Assembly (NCBI RefSeq): GCF_964355755.1
Contig: NC_092675.1
Coordinates: 553,812 to 617,811, forward strand
Length of the DNA: 64,000 bases
From: Antedon mediterranea
Lineage: Eukaryota; Animalia; Echinodermata
Direction: 5' to 3'
This document shows positions 50,911-64,000 of this stretch, piece after piece (position 1 is the first letter of the stretch; each line of letters starts with the position of its first letter). A program made the position numbers and the translations under genes. The notes beneath the pieces were generated by a model. The model was not told the DNA's origin. It worked only from the letters and a program-made list of their open reading frames with translations, and ran no database searches.

Positions 50911-53265
50911 TATATAAATAAATTTGACGTACAGTCAAATCACAACTGTGATTTCATTTATTTTTGGGCTGCCCAACATAAAAAAATCTTTTACTTGTTT
51001 ACATAAAATGTTACTTTTCATTTTTCATACTACAAAGTTTGAAATTCCATCTAAAATATTACATATTATACTTTTTTTTATATCCAGTTAATTTTGTTTT
51101 TATTTCCTGTGAATAATAAACTGATTCTTGTTCTGACTGGTTTATTGTTAGTATCTGTTCGCCCACTCTATTATAAAATGCCTTATAAATAATTAACTAA
51201 TTCAAAATTACTTTAATTCTCATTTTAAATTTAAGATACACATAAACATATTTCTTTTCAGACCTGGCAACAAATAAATAATAAATATAATATTCCAAAT
51301 ATGAACAAACAGAGCAAAAAAATATTAATGTGATAAATTTTAAAATAAAAAAAACATAACTTGCTAAATTGAAATGTCATCATTTTTGCATTAAATATAT
51401 ATATCAAGGGGAATATTACTAAAAATGGTTTTGTTAATCGTCTGCCTAAAGGTATACCACTCACTGTGTAAAGTTGATGGTTCTGTTGATATTTTTTTTT
51501 ATTTTGCTTTCTTGTTTCCGTCATAAAGTTTTGTTTAATGTCACTAATATGTTATGTATGTTATTTGTTGATTTTTGCATGTACAGTACATTATATTATA
51601 TTTGATGTCTTTCAACCCTGTTCATGGTGATGTATGGTCACTGTAGGCTGATGATGTATGGTCACTGTAGGCTGATGATGTATGGTCACTGTAGGCTGAT
51701 GATGAAATAAAATAAAAACAAAAATATCAGCTGTTTTATACTAAGCTTTGAGAAAAGAATTGTTGGCGATTGTTTTAAAACTATCTATTCTAGGATTTAG
51801 TGGTTTGTGGTACTTTTTTCTTAAACAAAGACAACTACATCATAATATAATATATTAGTAATCAAATAGAATTACAGTAATTGTCGGACCATGCCAAACA
51901 TAATCCTGATGTAATGAGTCAGCGTTCATGTTCTAACCGCACTTACTATGGGCTTAGGCCTAGCTGATGAAAAGCCAGCATATGTTTTAAATGAGTCTAA
52001 TATCAATCTATGAGTTCAGAGATTTAAAAACTGAAGTATGAACAGAAATTCACAAATTGAAGGGAATATAGAAATCATTTACACAAACCAACAGTGGTGT
52101 TGGCAGTCTACGAGTGCTGTATACCTGATAAACCAGAGCGAGATATCTCGAAAAGTAAAAGGGTTTTAGGTTAAATTCATTGAACACTAACTGTACTCTG
52201 CACAAATGGTATAATCCAAAAACGACACCCTCTAGTGGGAGCGTCTAAACAACCACCATCATCAACAGCTTGTGGAAATACTGGGATTGCTATTTTGAAC
52301 TGAATAATTATTTTTAATTTTATGTAGTTAAGTTCTTCTGGGGCCCCAGACATTTCATGTTATGGTGACTCTGTTGCTTTTGAGGTCCCAGGACATGATG
52401 TCGAATAAATAAATGAGAATGAAATGAGTACATAAATTATCTATATTTATAATACATTTTTGAAACAGGTGGGTAGGATTGAAATTATAAAAAGGTCGCA
52501 AGTTTAGAAGATCAGTTTATGATTCCCATTCAGACATTGATTATTCATTATTTAACATTCAAGAAGAGTAGCAAAGTGCAAATTGTATGCTTTGGGCATT
52601 TTTGTATTGTAGCTATACTGACTTACATAATCAAATTTTAAGGAGAAAAATTATACTGTAAAATGTTAAAGATACTACTGTATAAAGTGGAAGACAAGTA
52701 CAGAATGCTGATTTATAAGGGTTAGCAGAGGTCATACTACAGAAGAAAGTTAAAAATACAATTACAAGAAAGTACATATGTTATAACACACCTGAGTGAA
52801 TCCCTGCCATTTGATTGGTTCATTTTGTACCACATGTCGTTTAGTATCTAAGTTATAATTGCACAGTATAAGTTCTATTTAGCTTCTATTAACTAGAGGG
52901 AGAGCTCGCTTCGTTCTCTTCCCTCTAGGAAGTGTAGGTGATGGTTCTCGAAATGATAATGACTCGGGTAAAAAGGTTTTAGAAGGACGTTCTTGCTTTG
53001 ACGTTTTCGGTTGGTTACCATTCCTGCCTAGGAAATTATATTTTGTAGATATTTGTTTGTGTTTTTTATTTTTTTCAATTCTACATCCAACAGCCATGAC
53101 CAACTACAGGATGTCTTATTTTTAAACAGCAACATTTCATAGTACAGGCCAGTGAATTTTTTTGGAGGCAATACGGACCAGGATCCCAATTTTTGATCAC
53201 TTTTTAATTATTTTATAATTTTAGGCCGTACGTCAAAACCGAAGACGAATCTTTTTGATTCTTGA

Positions 53266-54060
53266 TCTTTTTCTCTTTTTACTCTTTCAACTGTTTTTCT
53301 CTTTTTACTCCTTCCACTGTTTTTCTCTTTTTACTCCTTCCACTGTTTTTCTCTTTTTACTCCTTCCACTCTTTTTCTCTTTTTACTCCTTCCACTCTTT
53401 TTCTCTTTTTACTCCTTCCACTGTTTTTCTCTTTTTACTCCTTCCACTGTTTTTCTCTTTTTACTCCTTCCACTGTTTTTCTCTTTTTACTCCTTCCACT
53501 GTTTTTCTCTTTTTACTCCTTCCACTGTTTTTCTCTTTTTACTCCTTCCACTGTTTTTCTCTTTTTACTCCTTCCACTGTTTTTCTCTTTTTACTCCTTC
53601 CACTGTTTTTCTCTTTTTACTCCTTCCACTCTTTTTCTCTTTTTACTCCTTCCACTCTTTTTCTCTTTTTACTCCTTCCACTGTTTTTCTCTTTTTACTC
53701 CTTCCACTGTTTTTCTCTTTTTACTCCTTCCACTGTTTTTCTCTTTTTACTCCTTCCACTCTTTTTCTCTCTTTACTCCTTCCACTGTTTTTCTCTCTTT
53801 ACTCCTTCCACTGTTTTTCTCTTTTTACTCCTTCCACTGTTTTTCTCTTTTTACTCCTTCCACTGTTTTTCTCTTTTTACTCCTTCCACTGTTTTTCTCT
53901 TTTTACTCCTTCCACTGTTTTTCTCTTTTTACTCCTTCCACTGTTTTTCTCTTTTTACTCCTTCCACTGTTTTTCTCTTTTTACTCCTTCCACTGTTTTT
54001 CTCTTTTTACTCCTTCCACTGTTTTTCTCTTTTTACTCCTTCCACTGTTTTTCTCTTTTT
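53266..54060. repeat. 26-bp pyrimidine-rich minisatellite, ~30 copies
   Basis: (ctttttactccttccactgtttttct)n. Confidence 0.96.
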
Positions 54061-55333
54061 ATTTGCTCTTGTTTTTGTACACAATATAGTATTATTAATA
54101 TTTATTATTACCGTATCTATCAATATTAATATTAATCGCTGTTAACATATTAAATCTTAAATATTAAGAGCTTTCCAATTTAATGTGACAGAATTAACTT
54201 TGACGGAATATTATTAGAATAAACTGATGCTATTGTGTTGGTAATAAAGAATGTAGGGCACATTTTACACTGCTTGATCCAGGTGTGCCTGATATTCTAG
54301 GAAGCATGATTTGATGAATGTGAGGCCAGCACAGTGTAGTAATCACTCCCATAAGACACAAGGTGGCTGAGCTGGTTCTACATTATTTAAAACATGTTAC
54401 CAAGGAAACATATATCAGTGCATCTGTTTCCAAAGGGTAATTGGTGATACTGAGAAATGACATTTAGTACACATTCAAATCTAAAAATTGACATTTTAAA
54501 AATACAATGCAAACAAGCAGTCATTCTTAATTACATTCTTCTTCCTACAGAAGAGAATACTAATAATATTATAATATAATCTCATTGTAGCATATTTTCT
54601 TACTGGTGGTCTGTTGCATATTAGAATTTACTAAAACTGTAGTTTAAATAGACCAGAAATTGTTAATAAATATTTGTTAGTATATTAATATTCTTATTAA
54701 ATAATTAAAATCATAAATATGAAAAACAACTATTTATTAAAACAGTCAGTTTTATGTATAAAGGCTTGGAAAATAACCAAAAACGATATAAAAATAAGAC
54801 ATAAAGATAACGATGATTTTTTATTGTTATTCCATGCCATTGATCATGACGTCAATTGATTAATACAGTAATACTTAATCTTGATTGTCAACAACAAAAT
54901 AATTGACATGGTGATAAGGTATAAACTAGTTAATCATTTTTGTTGCTGTATTAGTACTTTAGTAAATAAACACTATTACTAATACTAACTATACTGACTC
55001 AGGAATAAGCCCACCACCTTGACATACTGTATAAGCCCACCACCCTGACATATACAGTAATCCCATCACAAAAATGATCCATGTGACTCGCATTGACTCA
55101 GGAATAAGCCCACCCTGAGATATAATTCCATGTAAGCATTGCAAATTCCCTACAATATGGTCGTCAGAATAAACAACCTGTCTGGATGGTCAATATGTAC
55201 ATTACATGAAAGCAAAAAACAAAAAAAAACTAATTTTAGCTAGAGAAATAATAATGTACAGTAAGCATCCATTATTCTCTGACTGTTCATAATTCATAAA
55301 CATTCATAATGCTCTGACAGATAATAGCAAGAA

Positions 55334-57698
55334 TTGATTAAATCAGTTTTCTTGTACCTTTAATAACTGCATAGTCTTGATTAAATCAGTTTTCTTGTAC
55401 CTTTAATAACTGCATAGTCTTGATTAAATCAGTTTTCTTGTACCTTTAATAACTGCATAGTCTTGATTAAATCAGTTTTCTTGTACCTTTAATAACTGCA
55501 TAGTCTTGATTAAATCAGTTTTCTTGTACCTTTAATAACTGCATAGTCTTGATTAAATCAGTTTTCTTGTACCTTTAATAACTGCATAGTCTTGATTAAA
55601 TCAGTTTTCTTGTACCTTTAATAACTGCATAGTCTTGATTAAATCAGTTTTCTTGTACCTTTAATAACTGCATAGTCTTGATTAAATCAGTTTTCTTGTA
55701 CCTTTAATAACTGCATAGTCTTGATTAAATCAGTTTTCTTGTACCTTTAATAACTGCATAGTCTTGATTAAATCAGTTTTCTTGTACCTTTAATAACTGC
55801 ATAGTCTTGATTAAATCAGTTTTCTTGTACCTTTAATAACTGCATAGTCTTGATTAAATCAGTTTTCTTGTACCTTTAATAACTGCATAGTCTTGATTAA
55901 ATCAGTTTTCTTGTACCTTTAATAACTGCATAGTCTTGATTAAATCAGTTTTCTTGTACCTTTAATAACTGCATAGTCTTGATTAAATCAGTTTTCTTGT
56001 ACCTTTAATAACTGCATAGTCTTGATTAAATCAGTTTTCTTGTACCTTTAATAACTGCATAGTCTTGATTAAATCAGTTTTCTTGTACCTTTAATAACTG
56101 CATAGTCTTGATTAAATCAGTTTTCTTGTACCTTTAATAACTGCATAGTCTTGATTAAATCAGTTTTCTTGTACCTTTAATAACTGCATAGTCTTGATTA
56201 AATCAGTTTTCTTGTACCTTTAATAACTGCATAGTCTTGATTAAATCAGTTTTCTTGTACCTTTAATAACTGCATAGTCTTGATTAAATCAGTTTTCTTG
56301 TACCTTTAATAACTGCATAGTCTTGATTAAATCAGTTTTCTTGTACCTTTAATAACTGCATAGTCTTGATTAAATCAGTTTTCTTGTACCTTTAATAACT
56401 GCATAGTCTTGATTAAATCAGTTTTCTTGTACCTTTAATAACTGCATAGTCTTGATTAAATCAGTTTTCTTGTACCTTTAATAACTGCATAGTCTTGATT
56501 AAATCAGTTTTCTTGTACCTTTAATAACTGCATAGTCTTGATTAAATCAGTTTTCTTGTACCTTTAATAACTGCATAGTCTTGATTAAATCAGTTTTCTT
56601 GTACCTTTAATAACTGCATAGTCTTGATTAAATCAGTTTTCTTGTACCTTTAATAACTGCATAGTCTTGATTAAATCAGTTTTCTTGTACCTTTAATAAC
56701 TGCATAGTCTTGATTAAATCAGTTTTCTTGTACCTTTAATAACTGCATAGTCTTGATTAAATCAGTTTTCTTGTACCTTTAATAACTGCATAGTCTTGAT
56801 TAAATCAGTTTTCTTGTACCTTTAATAACTGCATAGTCTTGATTAAATCAGTTTTCTTGTACCTTTAATAACTGCATAGTCTTGATTAAATCAGTTTTCT
56901 TGTACCTTTAATAACTGCATAGTCTTGATTAAATCAGTTTTCTTGTACCTTTAATAACTGCATAGTCTTGATTAAATCAGTTTTCTTGTACCTTTAATAA
57001 CTGCATAGTCTTGATTAAATCAGTTTTCTTGTACCTTTAATAACTGCATAGTCTTGATTAAATCAGTTTTCTTGTACCTTTAATAACTGCATAGTCTTGA
57101 TTAAATCAGTTTTCTTGTACCTTTAATAACTGCATAGTCTTGATTAAATCAGTTTTCTTGTACCTTTAATAACTGCATAGTCTTGATTAAATCAGTTTTC
57201 TTGTACCTTTAATAACTGCATAGTCTTGATTAAATCAGTTTTCTTGTACCTTTAATAACTGCATAGTCTTGATTAAATCAGTTTTCTTGTACCTTTAATA
57301 ACTGCATAGTCTTGATTAAATCAGTTTTCTTGTACCTTTAATAACTGCATAGTCTTGATTAAATCAGTTTTCTTGTACCTTTAATAACTGCATAGTCTTG
57401 ATTAAATCAGTTTTCTTGTACCTTTAATAACTGCATAGTCTTGATTAAATCAGTTTTCTTGTACCTTTAATAACTGCATAGTCTTGATTAAATCAGTTTT
57501 CTTGTACCTTTAATAACTGCATAGTCTTGATTAAATCAGTTTTCTTGTACCTTTAATAACTGCATAGTCTTGATTAAATCAGTTTTCTTGTACCTTTAAT
57601 AACTGCATAGTCTTGATTAAATCAGTTTTCTTGTACCTTTAATAACTGCATAGTCTTGATTAAATCAGTTTTCTTGTACCTTTAATAACTGCATAGTC
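55334..57698. repeat. 43-bp tandem array, 55 copies, apparently identical
   Basis: (ttgattaaatcagttttcttgtacctttaataactgcatagtc)55; 2365 bp = 55 x 43. Confidence 0.97.
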
Positions 57699-58987
57699 AT
57701 TCAGGAAGTCATTGAAAAGCAATTAATGGGTTTATACTGTACAGGAGCTTTTGAATTCAATAGCAATTTGACAAAAAAATGATACCAAGGAAGACTTGGA
57801 AAAGAGATAACTTAAGCTTTCCTAATCTAGTCAAAATCTTTCGAAGTATAAGCCAGGAAACTAACAGTAGGTACCTAATTTCCGGACATGCATCGGTAAA
57901 GTAAGACGTACTAGCAACCGGTTGTTCCCACCCTTTCTTTCTTGTTCGTGACTATATTATTTATATGTTATAAAAAAGACTGCATACACTATAGCAAGAA
58001 AGAATACATGTGAACTTCTATAAAATTTGGGAGAGAGGTTCTTGAGATACTGCTGTACTATTGTAGGGTGTCCACACAAGTGCTTGGACTTCAGCTGTGT
58101 GATCTTTCATCACCATGTAGTATAAATACGAACATACGATATTACTATTATTAAATATTAAATATCCAAGACCAGCAGGAATATGAAACTTAAGATAAAA
58201 TGCATCTTGAATGACAAGTTGAAAGTTTATTACATAAAAAAAATGATTATTTCCAACAACCAATAATTGTCCTTTCTTTTCACTTTAAAATTAAAAACCA
58301 ATTGATTAAGGTCTAGCAGTAAATTAGAGTATACATATATAATTAATATGTTTATTGCGCCTTATCATGTAATCTCATGGCAGATTACAAATGTGGACAT
58401 GGTTAGCACTTTTCAACTACATGCTTCTCCATAGGGTCACATCATGGATTGTCATTGCAGCCCCCAATCTCTCTCTTAAAATAGTAGCTGCATCTCTTTG
58501 TACTCGTCTTAAATTTACAGGTTCTTTAAAGTATACACAAACATACCAGAACCATGGAGTGAGTGATCCTCAAACCTTTGGTTGGTTAAACTACCTTAAC
58601 TGCTCAGTCAATAACTAATACTGATAAGCAAAAATAAAACAAAAATATTATATTAATTATTTATTAACATTCGTTCAGCTGTCAACTTTTGTTCTAGTAA
58701 TTTTTAAAATTCTGTATCGTTTACAGGTATGCATTGCAAAACATTTAAATATACTGAAATTTGATACTGAATATTTTGGATATTTGAACGATGGAAAAAT
58801 AATTAAATTTATAAATAATTAAAACTACTGTAACTCTATTACAAATCACTGAAGATTTGTATATTTTTTATATGAGATAAAGTTCTCTTTCGTATTTTGG
58901 ATAACTGGAGATCAGAGGCCGAGAAAACCATGACCACAAAGATAATAAATTACACAATCCAATAGTGGTGTTAGTAGTCTATGATGA

Positions 58988-59799
58988 GTGCCAGCTTACC
59001 TGGATAAACCAACAATAGCTTATGCTCTCCAGAGGAAGGGCTTAGATACAAAAGTAACAAGAAATATTTCTTACAAAAAACGCTGCTCGCTTATTGAAAA
59101 ATATTTTTTATTTCAAATGTTTTTGAATGTGTCATTTTATTGTCACATAATAGATAGTTATTTTACCTGAAAAAATGTAATTTAAAGCAACAAATACTTA
59201 AATTGTCTGTCAGACAATGGTTTTTGGGTTTCTTTTCATTTTTTATATGTGAATAAATATTACTTTTTTGTTACAGAAGTGAATACTCAATTTCTGTCAC
59301 TTTAGTTAATTTTATTGCTAAGGTCAAATCTGGGGGTCACTTCATCACCCTAGATATTTCAATTGTGAAGTATCCTATTACAAACACAAACTTTAATTGA
59401 CTGTTTCGATAATAATTCAATGAATATCTGACACTGACAGTGAATATAGGGATTTGTAATTTTAGCATGACATGTCCTAATAGACTCTTTCCCAGCCGTT
59501 TTTTGGGTCCACTGTAGCAGCTGGAATCAATAAATCATAGTGGAGTTTCCATTTTCACAAAACTGTCTGTCCTTAGAACTATAACTGCTGCTTGCTTTAG
59601 CTTCTGATTGAGTAGTCCTAATGGGACGTAGCGGGCTAGAGCAGCAGCGTGAAAAGTTCTAACATATCCACATAAGGGCATGGTTGTGGGAATAGTCCAT
59701 TATGGTACAGAGGTGTTCCAGGAATTTTTTACCTTCGTATCTAAGTCCTCCCTCTGGAGAGCACAGGCTATTGTCAGTTTATCCAGGTAAGTTAGGCAC
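58988..59799. mobile_element. Old non-autonomous DNA transposon with ~70-bp imperfect TIRs
   Basis: gtgccagcttacctggataaaccaacaatagcttatgctctccagaggaagggcttagatac versus reverse complement of 59731-59799: gtgcctaacttacctggataaactgacaatagcctgtgctctccagagggaggacttagatac. Confidence 0.75.
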
Positions 59800-62700
59800 G
59801 AAATAGACTTACTGTAGTGTGTGAAATCCTATTATTTTATGTAATTACTGTACAGTAAACTAGAGAGAAATGGCAATGAGGGTCTCCTTTATGGCTGCTG
59901 GATTGGTTTAAAAAATCAATGATTTAAAATTAAATATTAAGATATTAAGAACCACATAAAACCACAACAGAAACCACAATATGATCATGGACCTCTAATT
60001 TATAGGTCCATGGTATGATACAGTAGTCTATTGGATAAACTGCCTTCTTTCTTATTAGATACAAATTACGAAATTTGATTAGTTTGTATTAAATATTGGT
60101 AAATAATTGAAAAGAATATGAAGTAAAATAGGTAATGTTTCACTTGAAGTCATATGTTTGAAATACCTTTAAAACACAACATACAAAAATCCAGGGTTGG
60201 CTGTATACAAAAGGATGTAATGGCAGTAGCATCCTGTACAAGACAATGAGGTAACCTGATCCAGGGGCCAAAATGAGGAGGTAACCTGATCCAGGGGCCA
60301 AAATGAGATAATAAACACAACAACAACAACATTGAAAGAAAGCCAGTGTTATTGTTTACACAACAGGTCAGTTCTCTCCTATGTACATTTGCTTATTAAA
60401 TATCATATCATAGCATGATTGATAATTCTATTATCAATTAAACAGGGCCAGGCTAATAATATTCAAGTTCTTGGTCATGATTGTAAATATTTCTTCTATA
60501 GGGCCTATTATTAATAATGCACTTAACAGAGTTTTTGAAATAAAAAGTTCAGCTATTTGCTCTTGTAGCAGAAAATAATAAAACGGTAGAATATTGTTTT
60601 TCTCTGCGAAAATGTACGAATCGTACAAATAAATTCACATACTGTAGTGGAAATACTAGCTTACAGTAGCTAGCTTATTCCATTAATGTAGTACTCACTG
60701 TAGCATGCTATATCTATTGAACAGTGGATGCTACTCTAGAAAGTTTTACCATAGATTTTATGGGATACGGATATTAAAACAAACAGTACAAAGACAAATA
60801 TTAAAATATATTTTGCAAGATTACATTTATGTAGGAACGTGGGCCTAGTTGTTTGTACACCTAGTACAGGGTCATAGAGTCTCAATGGCTGTCTTAAAGA
60901 TAGCTATATTTACATTAAATTTATTGGTCATTTATGATCCAGTGTTTGGCTAGAGGCCATGTTTAATTGACAATAATGATCCAGTGCCTACTGTAGGTAG
61001 TAGTACAATTAACACCTTCACTTAAAAAAGAAAATAAAATGTTAAAATTGAGTATGCACTAAACCTAACATACATTAATTCTGATAGTACCTAAGCTTTG
61101 CAAGAAAAGTTCTTTAAAATCAATAAATGTTTTCGTAAATGGATTATGTAACAGGTTTGTTATCAATAGGTGAAAATCATGCGGAATACAGTCTTGAGTT
61201 TCAATGATAAGAAACATCCTTTCAAGTAAATATTGACTGTTTTAACTGGGTCAGGAATATAGTTAAGTTTTCTAGTTGGCTGCACAATTTACCCCCAGGG
61301 CTTGTCACATGACTTGTAAATAATAATAATGTCAATAACCTCCGCGTTTAACAGTTGGCATTTAAATACATACAGTTTGACCATGGAGAAATATTAGTAA
61401 TGGTATGTAAACATTATGAAAAAATTATTATCATATTTCATGACAATTGTGAATCAAGATATTTTGTGATTTACCGGTAACTGAAAAAAAATTCATATAC
61501 AAAATTATCAATAATTATTATTTATAAGTACACACAAAACAAGAATAGCTAAAAAAATACTGTAATTTAGGAAAACTTTTAAAAGTTTTTGTTGTAAACT
61601 ATTCAGTAATTTATATATTTTTTTAACTATCTCATTTTAACTTTAAAAGAACGTAAAAATGTAAATTCAGTGATTCATACTACTTTTAGTGATGGATACG
61701 GTTTATTGAACACACTTCCATTCCACCAGATATGAGGTGCTTACACATGGATCAGTTTAAACTTAAATCTTGGCTAACAAACACTAGTCTGGCATTGTAC
61801 AATGTCTAGTAACAATTAAGCTAGTCAAACTTGCTTCCTACAATTAATTAGTCCGGTAGTCTAGTAACTAAAAATTCCAATATCGAGTCCTTCTTAAATA
61901 CAGTATATGTGCGTGGCATTTACCAATAATTTATATAATTTAAAATGGATGCCGTACGTACTATTAAAATTCACTGTTTGCTGTACCATAATGATATTAC
62001 ATGTTATTTTATGCAATATATGCAATGAATATATAGTATATTTATTTTACTCAGTGTACTTACAGATATTATTTGGGTTTTTTCAAAGGGGTCAGAAATT
62101 CTAGATATAAATGTCAATTTTCCTGTTTCCAAAATGACATGCTTCATTTTGTTTAGTACGTAATATTCAAACAATAAACTATCACAAAATGACAACTATT
62201 TGTATCCACAAAAAAAAATTATTTCTTTATGTTTTGTATCAAATTTTTATTTTTATCTTTATTTTTGTCACAGTTAGCGAAAATAATGAATATGAATGAA
62301 TACATATTCATCACATAATTAAACTATGTTTATAAAGATAATTAATGATGAAACCAGGAAATAAAGTATGTAAAAAGTGAGACCCCAGATTGCATAATTC
62401 ATTCGTTCAGTTTTCTTTTATAGTATAATTACAAATTAAAAAAAAACAATTTCCCTTAAAACTTTAAGCTAATTATTTAAAAAAGTATACATTACTGTAT
62501 AAATAGTTACTTTAAAAAGGAAATCTATAAAAAAGCAAAATCTATTTGTATGTAATAACATTTTATTGATGTCAGCACTTTAATAAATTTATGATAAGCT
62601 GGTAATGACGGAAATTAAGCTATCTACTGCAATCATCTACAGCTAAAATAGATTTGGTTCAAACGTTAAATGGACTTCCAAGATATTTTATTTTACTGCA

Positions 62701-62834
62701 ATATGACAAATATAAAAGCTGTTCCTGTATATGCTCTTGCAACATGGACGTCAGCTCTGATCTCATTTGATAAATGATAGGTTAAAAAATACAATTGATT
62801 AATCAATTTAGTGCTAAAGACAGATTCTGGATTA

Positions 62835-63205
62835 AGGAGGATGAAGGAGGGGAATAAGGAGAGGCAGAAGGGGTGTAAGGAGGAGAAAGGAGGGAAAGGA
62901 AGGTGTGTATTGGAAGATGAAGAAAGGGAAGTAAGGAGGTGGAAGTAAAGAGGAGGAAGGAGGGACAAGAGGTAGGGGGAGTAAAGAGGATGAGGAAGAG
63001 TAAGGAGGATGAGAAAGGGAGAGTTGGAGGATGATTGAGGAAAGAAATAAGGAGAAGTGAGGATTAATAAGGAGAGGAGGAAGGGGAGTAAGGAAGTGAG
63101 AGAGGGAGAGTAAGGAGAAAAGGGAGGGGGAGTAAGGAAGTGAGAGAGGGAGAGTAAGGAGAAAAGGGAGGGGGAGTAAGGAAGGGAGAGTAGGAGGATG
63201 AGGCG
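62835..63205. repeat. Purine-rich (GA) low-complexity tract
   Basis: Almost all G/A, with recurring ggagtaaggaag/ggagaaaaggg units. Confidence 0.85.
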
Positions 63206-64000
63206 AGTCGACTTGTTGGAATACCATTTGATGTGGAAAAAAGTCCATAATCAATGCAAAAAAAGAGCTAGACAGATTCTGAAGGAGTAAAGAAAGGTGA
63301 ATAAGGCAAGTCAGCTGATTCACCATGATTAGTGGAAAAATCAATAATCATTGCAAGAAGAGAGCTAACAACGGATTCAGAGGGGTGGAAGGCACAGTGC
63401 TGCCGCTGGTTACTCATTTTGGAATGCATGTGAATAGAATATTCTAGATTATAAATTATGCTAAAAATGATTATAACTGGCCAGTGAATGTTTGAGTGGG
63501 AGGGGCAGGTGGGTTTCTTTATTGAAATGTCTGCTTTGATCAACAACATTTTTTTAGAAATCAATAAAACCACTCATGTGGGAAAGTTATTTGCATGTTG
63601 TACTGTATTTTGGTTTTTACAAGAATTGCATTTTTACACAAAAGCAAATTGCAGTGTTCAATAGGATTAGGATATTTCCATACATAGGTACTATTGAGTG
63701 GGTCCTACACTGAAAGAAACTATTCAAAACAAAAAAATAATAATAATATATAAAATACAAACAATTATTATTATTAAATCAATATTTCACAGTGATATTA
63801 TCAACTTTATATTCGAATGATGAATTCAGCAACATTTATTTATTTATTTTTTGCCAATCTTCATAGCCAAAAACAAAATAGAACGGTACATTAAGTTGTG
63901 ATCAACTACAACCATGTTTTCTTGCATAGCCTATCACATCGGCCTACACTACTAGATTACAGTCAGTAGCTAGGGCTAGCCTACCACCAAGCCCACCATC

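Noticed and set aside
53255-54145. 296-aa and 275-aa Phe/Leu/Ser-rich ORFs
   Set aside because: Translations of a stop-free 26-bp pyrimidine minisatellite.
55334-57698. CRISPR-like array (also considered for 14550-15160, 47457-48544 and 9128-10564)
   Set aside because: Units are head-to-tail with no unique spacers, there are no cas genes, and the context is a spliced eukaryotic locus.
62693-63573. Pro/Leu/Ser-rich minus-strand ORFs as candidate STK11 exon 1 or a new gene
   Set aside because: Derived from GA low-complexity sequence; no kinase subdomain I-II motifs.

Overview
AT-rich, intron-rich metazoan (probably marine invertebrate) genomic DNA, not prokaryotic. I reconstructed five spliced protein-coding genes by hand from splice sites and recalled protein similarity. 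(1) DCAF15 (+, 12 exons, 78-7172). (2) An uncharacterised WD40 + SOCS-box protein (-, 2 coding exons, 12566-14422). (3) SNX30/SNX7-type sorting nexin (-, 11 exons, 19807-32428). (4) INIP/SOSS-C (+, 5 exons, 32601-33993), head-to-head with SNX30, with only 172 bp between the start codons. (5) STK11/LKB1 (-, exons 2-9 at 40851-48749), with a U12 AT-AC second intron; exon 1 was not found in the window. Non-coding DNA is dense in tandem arrays (including 55 apparently identical 43-mers), MITEs, a piggyBac derivative nested in another TIR element, SINEs and a LINE tail. The least explained signals are CTAG/AGGCCT palindrome-rich tracts next to first exons, 28-41 bp CATGG...CCATGG hairpins flanked by 6-bp direct repeats, and a ~185-bp satellite carrying a hairpin. 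No CRISPR array, rRNA or intact tRNA gene was seen. All family assignments come from remembered sequence similarity, not from database searches.
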